Shown here: positions 56,601 to 64,000 of the stretch, one piece after another
Layout of the letters: each line of letters starts with the position of its first letter
Numbering within the stretch: position 1 is the stretch's first letter
DNA from: a plasmid
Length of the DNA: 64,000 nt
Sequence record: NZ_AP019754.1
Direction: 5' to 3' (one strand)
Notes under the pieces: model-generated
What the model saw: only the letters and a program-made list of their open reading frames with translations
Databases searched by the model: none
What the model was told of the DNA's origin: nothing
Program-made: the position numbers and the translations under genes

Positions 56601-59291
56601 GGAGGCTACCAGCAGGCGCTGCAGACGCAGATTATGGATTTAATCTATGCCGGTTCTGAAGCCAGCCTGTTAGATAAACCCGGGGGGATTTTTGTCCGTA
56701 ACGGTGAGCATTTGTCTGCCGAAGACAAGCAGTTGCTGATGAGCGTGGCCTGTCTGAGCCTGGACGATCGCGCTGACGGCATCAATGAACAACTTAACCA
56801 GCGTATTCATGCGACAAAAAAACGCGTCAGGCCTTTTGTGCCCTCGGTGACGTCAGAGAGCAATCATCACGCCGACTGGATACCGGAAACTCACCTGTTG
56901 CGCCATTTCAACGGATACGGTGGCTTTTCTCAGGACGGTCGCGAGTATCAGATCCTGCTGAGAGAAGACCAACCGACGCCAGCGCCCTGGTCAAACGTGC
57001 TGGCAAACGAGAACTTTGGCAGCGTGATTTCTGAAGCAGGCCAGGCCTACAGCTGGTTCGAAAATGCGCACGAATATCGCTTAACGCCGTGGGAAAACGA
57101 TCCGGTAAGCGATCGTAGCGGGGAGGCATTCTATCTGCGTGATGAAGAAAGCGGCGCATGCTGGTCACCCATGACCCTGCCCGTGCGCGGTCAGGGCGAT
57201 TATCTTACCCGCCACGGTTTTGGTTACAGCGTGTTTGCCCACCGTGAAAATGGACTGGACAGCGAACTGACAGTCCTGGTGGACGAGCAGGCGCCGGTTA
57301 AGCTTGCAATACTGAAGCTCAGCAACCATTCGGGCCGTACACGCAAATTGTCTGTCACCGGCTACGTGGAATGGACACTTGGGGCAACGCGCAACCACTC
57401 TGCTGCACATATCATCACGCATTCGCCCGGCCTCGCGGGGGGAAGTGCGGTCATGGCCAATAACTTCTACGGTGCTAATGGCGGGGAACGCACCGCCTTT
57501 TTCGCCGTTAACGATCCTCAGAGTACGGTAACGGGCGACCGCCGCGAGTTTATCGGGCGTAATGGTTCACTGCGCGCCCCGGCCGCCATGACGCTTCGCA
57601 GACTCTCGGGTAAAACGGGAGCCGGGCTTGATCCCTGTGCCGCGTTACAGTCGACAACCTCCCTTATTGACGGTGACCAGAAAACCTATGTTTTTGTCCT
57701 CGGCGTGGCCGATAACCCGGCACAGGCACAGGAAACGCTTGCCCGTTTTCTGCATGAGGATAATGCGCGTCAGGCGCTGAATCAGGTTCACCATTTCTGG
57801 CACAACGTGCTTGATAAGGTCGTTGTGCAGACGCCCGACAGCAGCGTTGATTTGCTGGTAAACGGCTGGCTGCTGTATCAGACATTAGCCTGCCGCATCA
57901 TGGCGCGCAGCGGCTACTATCAGTCCGGTGGGGCATTTGGTTTCCGCGATCAGTTGCAGGATACGCTGGCGCTGAGCCACGTTGCACCGGAGCGACTGCG
58001 CAGCCAGATCCTGCTGTGTGCCTCACGGCAGTTTATTGAGGGGGATGTGCAACACTGGTGGCATCCTCCGCAGGGTAATGGCGTGCGAACCCGCTGTTCG
58101 GATGACTACCTGTGGCTTCCGCTTGCGGTTTGTCACTATGTGGATACAACGGGAGATACTGGCGTGCTGGCGCAGCAGATTCCCTATCTTGAAGGGCGTC
58201 CGCTCAAGCCCGGCGAAGAATCTGTTTATGATACGCCCGTTATCAGCCACCTCGAAGAGACGTTGTGGCAGCACTGCGTAAAAGCGATTGAGCGGGGGCT
58301 AAACTTCGGCCAGCACGGCCTGCCGCTAATGGGGGCAGGTGACTGGAATGACGGGATGAATCTGGTCGGTATTGAAGGCAAAGGTGAAAGCGTCTGGCTC
58401 GGCTTTTTCCTCTACGATATTTTGCAACGCTTTGCGGCGCTGGCTGAACAGCGCCAGGATGAACGCGTGGCAGCATTGTGCTATTCAGAAGCGTTGAGCC
58501 TGCAAAAAAATCTCGAATCTTACGCCTGGGATGGTGCATGGTATCTCCGCGGCTACTTTGACGATGGTACGCCGCTGGGGACAAGAGAATCGCAGGCGTG
58601 CTGGATCGATGCGATTGCACAAAGCTGGTCCGTTTTGTCCGGCGCAGCTGATCCAGTGCGCAGTGCGCAGGCTATGCAGTCACTCGACAGCTATCTGGTG
58701 GATAACGATGCAGGATTGATCAAGTTGCTAACGCCACCGTTTGATGGTCATGGTCCTAATCCCGGTTACATACAGGGTTATCTTCCGGGTGTGAGGGAAA
58801 ACGGCGGGCAATACACGCATGGCGCCATCTGGGCGGTCATGGCGTTTGCCCGGATGGGACAAAAAGCGCGAGCGTGGCAACTATGGTCAATGATCAATCC
58901 GGTAAACCACACGCTGCAGACTGAAGGCGTTAACATCTACAAGGCGGAGCCCTATGTGATGAGTGCAGATGTGTACAGCGTTGCACCTCATACCGGCCGT
59001 GCCGGATGGAGCTGGTACACCGGTTCCGCAGGCTGGGCCTACCGTCTGGTGACTGAAGAGTTACTCGGAATAAAACGGCACGGAGAGACGCTGGTTATTC
59101 GCACTCACTTACCTGATGACTGGCCTTCGATCAGCCTGACCTATCAACACGGGAGCAGTCAGTATTTCATTAGGATTTCTCGTCACGACGGTGAACCTCG
59201 AGTGACTATGGATGGCACGCTCCTGCCGGATGACAGCATTCCTTTGCGGGATGATGGACAAAATCACAATGTCGATATTATTCAGCGCTGA
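50688..59291 (+). CDS. cgs: Cyclic beta-1,2-glucan synthase-like multidomain protein (membrane N-terminus, GT84-type glycosyltransferase, GH94-like C-terminal domain)
   Basis: Single 2867-aa ORF, about the size I recall for Brucella Cgs / Rhizobium NdvB / Agrobacterium ChvB (~2830-2870 aa). Several TM helices in the first ~470 and ~820-1000 residues. GT DxD-type motif ITLDSDTLLPRD at nt ~52590. C-terminal ~1300 aa resemble GH94 glycoside phosphorylase (cellobiose-phosphorylase-like) domains. Alternative start at M8 (50709). Confidence 0.8.
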   Translation: MSHESKTMKINPGAWFRRARIMTKAPGRASFSSNDPMGENTPRPELFSTPQLERYGQKLAHTHKLSPDKMPYYLLKRLSDNEAVITQNCYTLNAGKKTSIMPAGEWLLDNYYLIEEQIRNVRQHLPTSFGKGLPSLASPHPCPRIYDIATEAVAHGDGRWDTASLTSYIGAYQQVTPLTLGEVWALPGMLRLALIENLRRVSIEVVQAQQERSLADSWITRMTDCAEHAPADLILVIADMARSRPPLSSAFVAEMVRRLHGQGNALALPLGWVEQRLAEQGLTTELLIHRFNQQLAASQLSVSNSIAGLRLLNETNWADFAENISVVEQTLRRDPAGIYSCMHFDTRDHYRHVIEILARESQLSEPDVASRILALSATTQPGMPSHHIGYYLMGEGRRQLDHHLSVASSGLKRLRHSLNRYPLLSWLGSMSLLTTAATAAILYDTASLGMAWWLLLLALPLIVALSQLVSDILSEATTRFRTPRPLPRMDFSDGIPVTSSTLVAIPCMLTSHAGFSTLLTSLEVCWLGNQDDNLCFALLTDFADAATESTDEQRALFSQAMSEMHRLNLRYPCRHQRFYLLHRSPEWNASQGIWMGYERKRGKLALLNSWLRHPDTQFSSVAGMPANRLPGQIKYVITLDSDTLLPRDTAHKLVATMAHPLNKPEYDPRCQRVVKGYGILQPGLAEEMPRNGQGRYAAMRSSVPGNNPYSMMSSDIYQDLFEEGSFVGKGIYDVDIFVQATANTCPENLVLSHDLLEGCYARAGLLSEVLLYEQYPNNYLSDVARRTRWIRGDWQLLNWLKLRVRKADGTRDKNPLSALSRWKLFDNLRRSLVAPALLVLQFSALLWVPNPGYWLGVLALVWLLPAALCILIDLANKPHRRPLRQHLVLVTAGALKRLSRIGLNFILLPHEAGYSLYAIAVTLWRLGISQRNLTQWSSHSPDSLQSQLSAFRFYRVMWLNVACGAALTLLTLLLAPQWLTLALIISLSWCLAPLLLSGLSRPPARKAFLPDPQQKRLLRQTSREIWAFFETFATAQENWLPPDNYQEIPEPKIAHRTSPTNIGLSLLANLTAWDFGYLSGADVLQRITQTLDTLDKMEHYRGHLYNWYDTRTLAPLSPRYVSSVDSGNMAGHLLTLREGLSAMRHQPVFNDVRLLEGLNDTLHVLEKYWGHNAPASLGVLRTQCLNAASLPSGQLLSELKKMQVHGNELARLSQEESRVVVRWTAHLVSQLQQLCDEWTTLLGWLPVTYHAQALPTLSELAGGITLEAVIAPTAVMTQARRRLAIISELEQRLADHARMDFTFLYNTATSMLSVGYNCDTNTLDKSHYDLLPSEIRLTSFVAIATNQLPLKSWYALGRLFTTIDRETALMSWSGSMFEYLMPNLVMPTWHGSLLDEMSKSAVIRQINWGKERGVPWGVSESGYHAFDVQHNYQYQAFGVPGLGLRRGLADDMVVAPYATLLALLVSPQKACDNLLRLQENGARGEYGFYEALDYTPSRLATGQLFLVVQSWMAHHQGMAFQALGHLLFDAPMAGRFMSSPAFRSASLLLQERVPDEVELYSPRRHFESHEGRIKPVRYEPRIFTHADTPTPEIQLLSNGHYHLMITPGGGGYSRWNNIALTRWRSDSTRDNWGTFCYIRDPLTDEVWSNTCHPLGASADISDEIIFTDAGAEFRRVLGSLSVKTRVVVSPEDDIELRRVTLMHRGRSPRTLELTTYAEVVLASDISDQAHPAFSNLFIQTEADPRHDAILCHRRARSPDEQSPYLFHMMVVHGDCSENVSFDTDRAGFIGRGKSPADAQAVSMNGPLSNTSGAVLDPILSIRHAITLQPGQPVTIDIVFGVSENRQQSLALMEKYRDHPIADRVFELAWSHSLVVLRQMNASEDDATLFNRLASAVLYPCQELRGDEQAISRNRRDQSGLWGWGISGDLPIVLISLTSEEKIASVTTLIQAHRYWRLKGLEVDLVILNNSPGGYQQALQTQIMDLIYAGSEASLLDKPGGIFVRNGEHLSAEDKQLLMSVACLSLDDRADGINEQLNQRIHATKKRVRPFVPSVTSESNHHADWIPETHLLRHFNGYGGFSQDGREYQILLREDQPTPAPWSNVLANENFGSVISEAGQAYSWFENAHEYRLTPWENDPVSDRSGEAFYLRDEESGACWSPMTLPVRGQGDYLTRHGFGYSVFAHRENGLDSELTVLVDEQAPVKLAILKLSNHSGRTRKLSVTGYVEWTLGATRNHSAAHIITHSPGLAGGSAVMANNFYGANGGERTAFFAVNDPQSTVTGDRREFIGRNGSLRAPAAMTLRRLSGKTGAGLDPCAALQSTTSLIDGDQKTYVFVLGVADNPAQAQETLARFLHEDNARQALNQVHHFWHNVLDKVVVQTPDSSVDLLVNGWLLYQTLACRIMARSGYYQSGGAFGFRDQLQDTLALSHVAPERLRSQILLCASRQFIEGDVQHWWHPPQGNGVRTRCSDDYLWLPLAVCHYVDTTGDTGVLAQQIPYLEGRPLKPGEESVYDTPVISHLEETLWQHCVKAIERGLNFGQHGLPLMGAGDWNDGMNLVGIEGKGESVWLGFFLYDILQRFAALAEQRQDERVAALCYSEALSLQKNLESYAWDGAWYLRGYFDDGTPLGTRESQACWIDAIAQSWSVLSGAADPVRSAQAMQSLDSYLVDNDAGLIKLLTPPFDGHGPNPGYIQGYLPGVRENGGQYTHGAIWAVMAFARMGQKARAWQLWSMINPVNHTLQTEGVNIYKAEPYVMSADVYSVAPHTGRAGWSWYTGSAGWAYRLVTEELLGIKRHGETLVIRTHLPDDWPSISLTYQHGSSQYFIRISRHDGEPRVTMDGTLLPDDSIPLRDDGQNHNVDIIQR

Positions 59292-59293
59292 CC

Positions 59294-59317
59294 GTCCGCT
59301 CTGTGCCAGGAGCGGAC
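59294..59317 (+). terminator. Stem-loop after cgs (GTCCGCTC-N8-GAGCGGAC)
   Basis: 8-bp stem 3 nt after the stop. Weak U-tract. Confidence 0.35.
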
Positions 59318-59429
59318 ATGGATTAAATCGGAATGACCTTAGCGGCAGACAGGATACAGGCCATCACGTGCGGTAATAAACTCGCATGAGTTCGGTAAAG
59401 TCATAGGTGTGTTTTGACAGATTTGAATA

Positions 59430-59702
59430 TTATAAGCTGCTGTCAGTTTTACCCTCGTTCAGGCTATTGATGATGTGAAGGTATGGCACAGACTGCCTCT
59501 CAAATCCTGTGCTGGTAAGCTTTTTCAACCACGATATGGCCTCAAAAATTTTACACAGGCGGTTGTCGCTACAGCTGCCTGTCGCCATACTTTTCAGCTG
59601 TTCCATAAGGGAATTGATGTCAATTTCCTTATCAGTCAGCGCAAGATACAGGGCGGCTTCGCCAATTATGATGAGTCCTCTTTCTTCGTCTCGAAGTGAC
59701 AT
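59430..59702 (-). CDS. YmgB/AriR-family-like small regulatory (connector) protein
   Basis: 90 aa. Strong GGAGGGAG RBS. DEERGLIIIGEAALYLALTDKEIDINSLMEQLKSMAT aligns with E. coli AriR ([37 protein letters not shown]). Confidence 0.45.
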   Translation of the reverse strand: MSLRDEERGLIIIGEAALYLALTDKEIDINSLMEQLKSMATGSCSDNRLCKIFEAISWLKKLTSTGFERQSVPYLHIINSLNEGKTDSSL

Positions 59703-60938
59703 ATCTCCCTCCGTAAGTTGATTTAGGCACTGGCATAACTGACTGTCCTGTCTCAGAAGATTTCTTCATTCCTGAATAACTCAGCCGTTTATTCCTGTGA
59801 AATATAACCCGCTAAATACCTGTATACTGTTCACTGTTTTCCTGTCGCTTTAGACAGTTAGTGCAGTTATCGGAACGTGAAATTCAACGTAACAATCAAT
59901 TGTGTGTATAAAATAAGCGAGCACTTCCCTTATCAACACTTTATCCGGACTTTCTTTTGGTTATCAGGTTTTCCGGTGGTTGTGCTTCTTTACCAGACTA
60001 TCGTCACAGTCATCTCTTTTCTTTAGCGTCAAATCAATGCTTTTAACTATCACTGCGACAGGCATGCTTCCTTATTCAAGGAAATCCATCCGCGAATGCA
60101 GCAGATGAATGCATCTTTACGGGTGCGGCAGGGGTAAACAGAAATGAATTAAGAAGATGTTAGCGTTCAGTTCGGGCTAAAACGCCGCGCAAGAGCGTTT
60201 TTAAATTTGTTATAATGCTAAAGCGCCCTGGCGAAAAGAAGCTCCCTCAGGTACGGGAGCAAATGTTTCACATTTCATTTTAAAAGGCCCGGGGAGTGCA
60301 CGTAATTATTAACGCCCCGTCGCTGAAAAACTTTAGTTTCAGAGGCACTTTATCAGTAAAGTTCTGGTTACAGAGCGGATTCTGCAGTGCATCCCTGTTT
60401 ATACTGAACAGTACCGTTCGCGGTCTGAGGTAAAAGTGTCTGGTTTCGCTGTTTCCTATATGCACTTTAGCATACAAAAAAAAACCTACTCAAGAGGTGA
60501 GGCGAACCAGTTGTGTGACTCCGGGCTTCTTTAACGGCGGGCTCAGCAGACACCTGCACGTTTAAATTATGCTTAAAATCAATATGCGAGTAAGCGAGGC
60601 GGTAAATAAGAGGCTTAATCTGGCTGACCTGTCTTTAATTTACCCCAAAATCTTCAGAAAATGCATTGCATTCCGGCACGGTAATGCGGAATTACTTTTT
60701 TATTTTGTGAATCCCGCGCTTTACTGATTATACGCTTTAAGTTGATGTGTTCAGTTTCGTTTGGCTTATGGTGTAAATATTATTTAATTTTATTTATCTG
60801 ACCCCGACTCGTTAAGAATAAAAGTTAGATCCCAAACAATAACCTGAAAGACAATTAATCCCCCTTGTCAGTAAAGGGGGGATTAAGTGATTCTGATCAA
60901 TGAAAACGATTATTTTATAAAGTCACGGAAAACAGGTG

Positions 60939-60965
60939 TAAATAATGCACCTTTCTAGCCGATAC
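60939..60965 (+). promoter_or_regulatory. Candidate sigma-28 promoter for MCP paralog B
   Basis: TAAATAAT-N11-GCCGATAC. -10 matches 7/8, -35 matches 5/8. ~60 bp upstream of the MCP start. Confidence 0.5.
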
Positions 60966-61025
60966 CGGATTGAACCCTGAGAGGATATAAATCTCCGGGT
61001 ACTATTCAACTCCGGGGTAATTTAA

Positions 61026-62942
61026 ATGAATATTATAAGAAAAGTTACAGATTTAAAGATAGGCGCCAAACTGGGACTGGGATTCACGCTGGTCATACTG
61101 GCCTCCGTCATCATATCGGCGCTGGCGTTTCGCTGTTTTTTAAGCATTCAGGAAAATTCGGCCAAGCGCGATGTCACCGTTCAGATGCTCGACACGCTGG
61201 CGAAAGCCAGACTTAACCGCACGCTTTTTCAGTACACCCGCGACAAAAAGTTTATTGAGATTAACGGCGAGGCGATGAATCAGCTTTTTGTCTTACGAAC
61301 CAGTCTTAATAAATACTCCTGGTCGGCGGAAGGAGGGGAAAGGCTTTCTGTTCTGAGCGGTATCCTGACGCAGTATCAGGAAAAGCGTCAGGCTTTTCTC
61401 GAGAGCAGTGACAGTGCCGCGCGCGCGCTGAGCGAAATACACACGCTGGGCCTGGCATCACTGGGAGAAAAACTGGCCACCGGCCAGGCTTCGGCTCCTG
61501 CCGACGTTGTTGCGCCCCTACTTTCCCTCAGCTTCAGGACAGAGCAGGCGGCATTTTTTGTCCAGGAGTTCATCAGAAAGCCGGACGCTTCCACGCTGGA
61601 TAAATTCAGTGAAGTCAGGGACGCCATTGCTCCGCAGGTAAACCAGCTCAGAGGCGTTTCCGGCAGCGCACTCGCCGCAGTAGTGGCGGACGTGGAGCAA
61701 AAAATGGCATCGGGCTCCGCACTGCTGAATAATTATCTCCTTTCTGTGCGGACTGAAAAGCAGGCCTCAGATGAAATGACCGCAGCGGCAGGTAAGCTGA
61801 ACCAGTCCATCACGGACCTCGCGTTCTTTCAGTCAGAGATGGCTGAGAAGTATATCCAGACCGCGCTCTGGCAGATCGGTTTTGCAACACTCGCCTGTAT
61901 TGTTCTCAGCCTCCTGATTGCCTGGCGAATGACGCGAAGTATCACCGTTCCGCTGAGAGAGACGCTGTTGTCTGCACAGCGCATTGCTGAAGGTGATCTG
62001 ACCTCAGACATCACTACCTCTCGCACCGATGAGCTTGGCGAGCTGATGACCGCCGTGGGCGCGATGAACCAGAGCCTGCGTGACATTATCTCCCGTGTCA
62101 GGGACGGAGTGAATAACGTCGCCCGCGCCTCCTCCGAGATTGCAGCGGGTAACACCGACCTGTCTTCACGCACGGAACAGCAGTCGGCAGCGGTGGTTGA
62201 AACTGCTGCCAGCATGGAGGAGCTGACCTCCACCGTTAAGCAGAATGCGGAGAATGCCCATCACGCCAGCCAGCTGGCCACCGAGGCGTCACACAATGCC
62301 AGCCGCGGCGGGGAAATCATCAGTGACGTGATCAACACGATGGGAGGGATCAGCCAGAGCTCAGGTAAAATCGGCGAAATCATCTCCGTCATTAACGGTA
62401 TCGCTTTCCAGACGAATATCCTGGCGCTCAACGCCGCCGTCGAGGCTGCAAGAGCGGGAGAACAGGGAAGGGGATTCGCAGTAGTTGCCGGTGAAGTCCG
62501 AAATCTGGCACAGCGTAGTTCACTTGCGGCAAAAGAAATCGAGGCGCTGATAAGTGAGTCACTGAGCCGGGTGAGTAACGGTACCGAACTGGTTAACCGT
62601 GCCGGTGTCACGATGGAGGATATCGTCAAGTCTGTGACCCAGGTCAGGGACATCATGGGCGAAATTGCCGCTGCGTCGGACGAACAGAACCGCGGAATAA
62701 CCCAGATTGCGCAGGCCATGACAGAGATGGACACCACAACTCAGCAGAATGCCGCGCTGGTTGAAGAGTCATCCGCAGCAGCCAGCAGCCTCGAGGATCA
62801 GGCTCATGAGCTTGAAAAAACCGTAGCCGTGTTCCGTGTTCCTGCTTCCGGCCTGTTGATGCCGGAGGTTAAGGTGCCCACGCCGGCGTTAAAACACCCG
62901 TCATCCCTCAGGGCGTCGGAAGCAAACTGGGAAACATTCTGA
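61026..62942 (+). CDS. Methyl-accepting chemotaxis protein (paralog B)
   Basis: 638 aa. Same architecture as the MCP at 46362..48290. Long identical stretches (e.g. [53 protein letters not shown]). C-terminal NWETF. Confidence 0.9.
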   Translation: MNIIRKVTDLKIGAKLGLGFTLVILASVIISALAFRCFLSIQENSAKRDVTVQMLDTLAKARLNRTLFQYTRDKKFIEINGEAMNQLFVLRTSLNKYSWSAEGGERLSVLSGILTQYQEKRQAFLESSDSAARALSEIHTLGLASLGEKLATGQASAPADVVAPLLSLSFRTEQAAFFVQEFIRKPDASTLDKFSEVRDAIAPQVNQLRGVSGSALAAVVADVEQKMASGSALLNNYLLSVRTEKQASDEMTAAAGKLNQSITDLAFFQSEMAEKYIQTALWQIGFATLACIVLSLLIAWRMTRSITVPLRETLLSAQRIAEGDLTSDITTSRTDELGELMTAVGAMNQSLRDIISRVRDGVNNVARASSEIAAGNTDLSSRTEQQSAAVVETAASMEELTSTVKQNAENAHHASQLATEASHNASRGGEIISDVINTMGGISQSSGKIGEIISVINGIAFQTNILALNAAVEAARAGEQGRGFAVVAGEVRNLAQRSSLAAKEIEALISESLSRVSNGTELVNRAGVTMEDIVKSVTQVRDIMGEIAAASDEQNRGITQIAQAMTEMDTTTQQNAALVEESSAAASSLEDQAHELEKTVAVFRVPASGLLMPEVKVPTPALKHPSSLRASEANWETF

Positions 62943-63017
62943 CAGCCATACTGCAGCCAGAGCCGTCTGTAACGACATCTGGCTGCATCTTTCAGTCATT
63001 TATCGGTGAGGTGGTCA

Positions 63018-63194
63018 GTGTGTGATCTCAGCGTGCAGCATTGTCACATCGGTAAGGCGGTGGAAGCTCTTTTTTATGATGCGGAGTCAGTCACCCGATT
63101 AAAGGTAATAGGCAAACTGAGCATGATGCTCAGGGAAGAGTCTGATCCTGTCCGGAAAAACGAGATAGTAATCGCCATCACTCTTCTCAGTTAA
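63018..63194 (+). CDS. Second YmgB/AriR-family-like small protein (58 aa), putative
   Basis: GTG start with GAGGTGG RBS. IGKAVEALFYDAESVTRLKVIGKLSMMLREESDPVRKNEIVIAITLL resembles the AriR/YcgZ core and the ORF at 59430..59702. Confidence 0.35.
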   Translation: MCDLSVQHCHIGKAVEALFYDAESVTRLKVIGKLSMMLREESDPVRKNEIVIAITLLS

Positions 63195-63862
63195 ATCATG
63201 AGAACCAAAATCAATCTGGAGGTTTAAAAGACAAAAATCATGCAAATTTATCTTAGATAACGTCCTCCTCGGTTAAGGATAGCGTTGCATCGACCCATTG
63301 AACTCACAGCCAGGAGCGGACATTGCTAACGATAGTCTGACTTGAACAATGGGGGCCCACTTTGGCCTAAGCGTAAAGACGCATGGCCAGTGCAACTTGC
63401 GTGACAAATGCACCGGCAGGATTGTCATGATACCTGGGGTGATGTCTCCAACTGACAGCGATTTTTTTCTGGGCCAATATGTGCAGCCACAGCACTATCG
63501 CATTACTGCCAAAAGGTATGGGTATTTGTATTCACCCAACTTTTCTCAAGTATCAATATTGCCCTTTAATTGCTTACGAGAGGCTATGACTGAGTTCGGC
63601 TGAGGCTGCAGAAGCACCGATGAACAATAATCTTTTGGACGCCGGTAACCTGCCACTGATATTTTTATCATGACAAATGCTTCTTTGGTCAGTCATATGT
63701 CCTCTTCATCATCAATCGTGACCATACATTCATCAATGTATATAAGAGTCTTTTTGACTTTCGAACGCTCCCAAAAGCCACCTGTTTAGTTATCTAATCG
63801 GGGATTTAGACCCAATGCTGATGGATATAATGTTTAGGAAAAACTAAAATCCGGGTTTTGTC

Positions 63863-64000
63863 ATGTTGAAAAGAAAAATTCATCTCCGGCTTCTTCTGAC
63901 TTCGCTTACCGCAGGTGGGGTCATTATTACTTGCATGCTGATGATAGGGGCGCTCTTTCTTTTCCAGAAAAAATACATCGAAGAAAGCTTGCTAAGCGAT
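63863..64000 (+). CDS. Partial CDS (N-terminal 46 aa) of a membrane protein, possibly another sensor/MCP
   Basis: MLKRKIHLRLLLTSLTAGGVIITCMLMIGALFLFQKKYIEESLLSD... Basic N-terminus plus TM helix. Runs off the window. Confidence 0.4.
   Translation, partial: MLKRKIHLRLLLTSLTAGGVIITCMLMIGALFLFQKKYIEESLLSD

Noticed and set aside
51225-58620. Numerous 60-125-aa ORFs on both strands inside the cgs gene
   Set aside because: All are nested in, or antisense to, a single uninterrupted 2867-codon frame with coherent domain structure. They are Arg/Ala/Pro-rich GC artefacts.
60280-60477. 65-aa minus-strand ORF inside the 1.3-kb gap before MCP paralog B
   Set aside because: No RBS, no family resemblance and mixed composition. 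Treated as non-coding, though the region as a whole is flagged.

Overview
This 64-kb window looks like a chromosomal segment from a Pantoea/Erwinia-like enterobacterium. The tyrosine phenol-lyase/tutB pair, a secreted chorismate mutase, and the budRABC and arnBCADTEF operons all point that way. Gene density is high and mostly metabolic.

Recognisable content, in order:
- budR-budABC, the acetoin/2,3-butanediol operon.
- A lipoprotein, an NTF2-like/DUF1348-like protein and a lumazine synthase paralog.
- An orphan phage Rha-type antirepressor and a MetQ/NlpA lipoprotein.
- A six-gene minus-strand operon (Fe-ADH, NAL/DapA-family lyase, SSS transporter, cytoplasmic BNR sialidase-like protein, YhcH/NanQ-like protein, SDR) with a divergent PdxA-family gene.
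- tpl-tutB, a mannitol-dehydrogenase-family gene, a secreted alpha/beta hydrolase, and an AraC/EamA divergent pair.
- A sigma-28-driven MCP.
- An RR-HK-MFP-RND efflux module with a divergent MipA/OmpV gene.
- A complete arnBCADTEF lipid A-Ara4N operon.

The most unusual part is the last 18 kb. An 8.6-kb ORF (2867 aa) has the architecture of a cyclic beta-1,2-glucan synthase (Cgs/NdvB/ChvB: N-terminal membrane GT84 domain plus C-terminal GH94-like domain). Cyclic beta-1,2-glucans are classically described in Rhizobiales, Brucella and Xanthomonas. An IS30-family transposase remnant and a tiny CxxC zinc-ribbon ORF lie just upstream. The gene is bracketed by two closely related sigma-28-driven MCP paralogs, two YmgB/AriR-like small connector proteins and long AT-rich non-coding stretches.

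I found no CRISPR arrays, tRNAs or rRNAs. All product calls come from reading the translated sequences. Coordinates of features I derived myself may be off by 1-2 nt; for example, the PdxA start recomputes to 15927 against the track's 15928.
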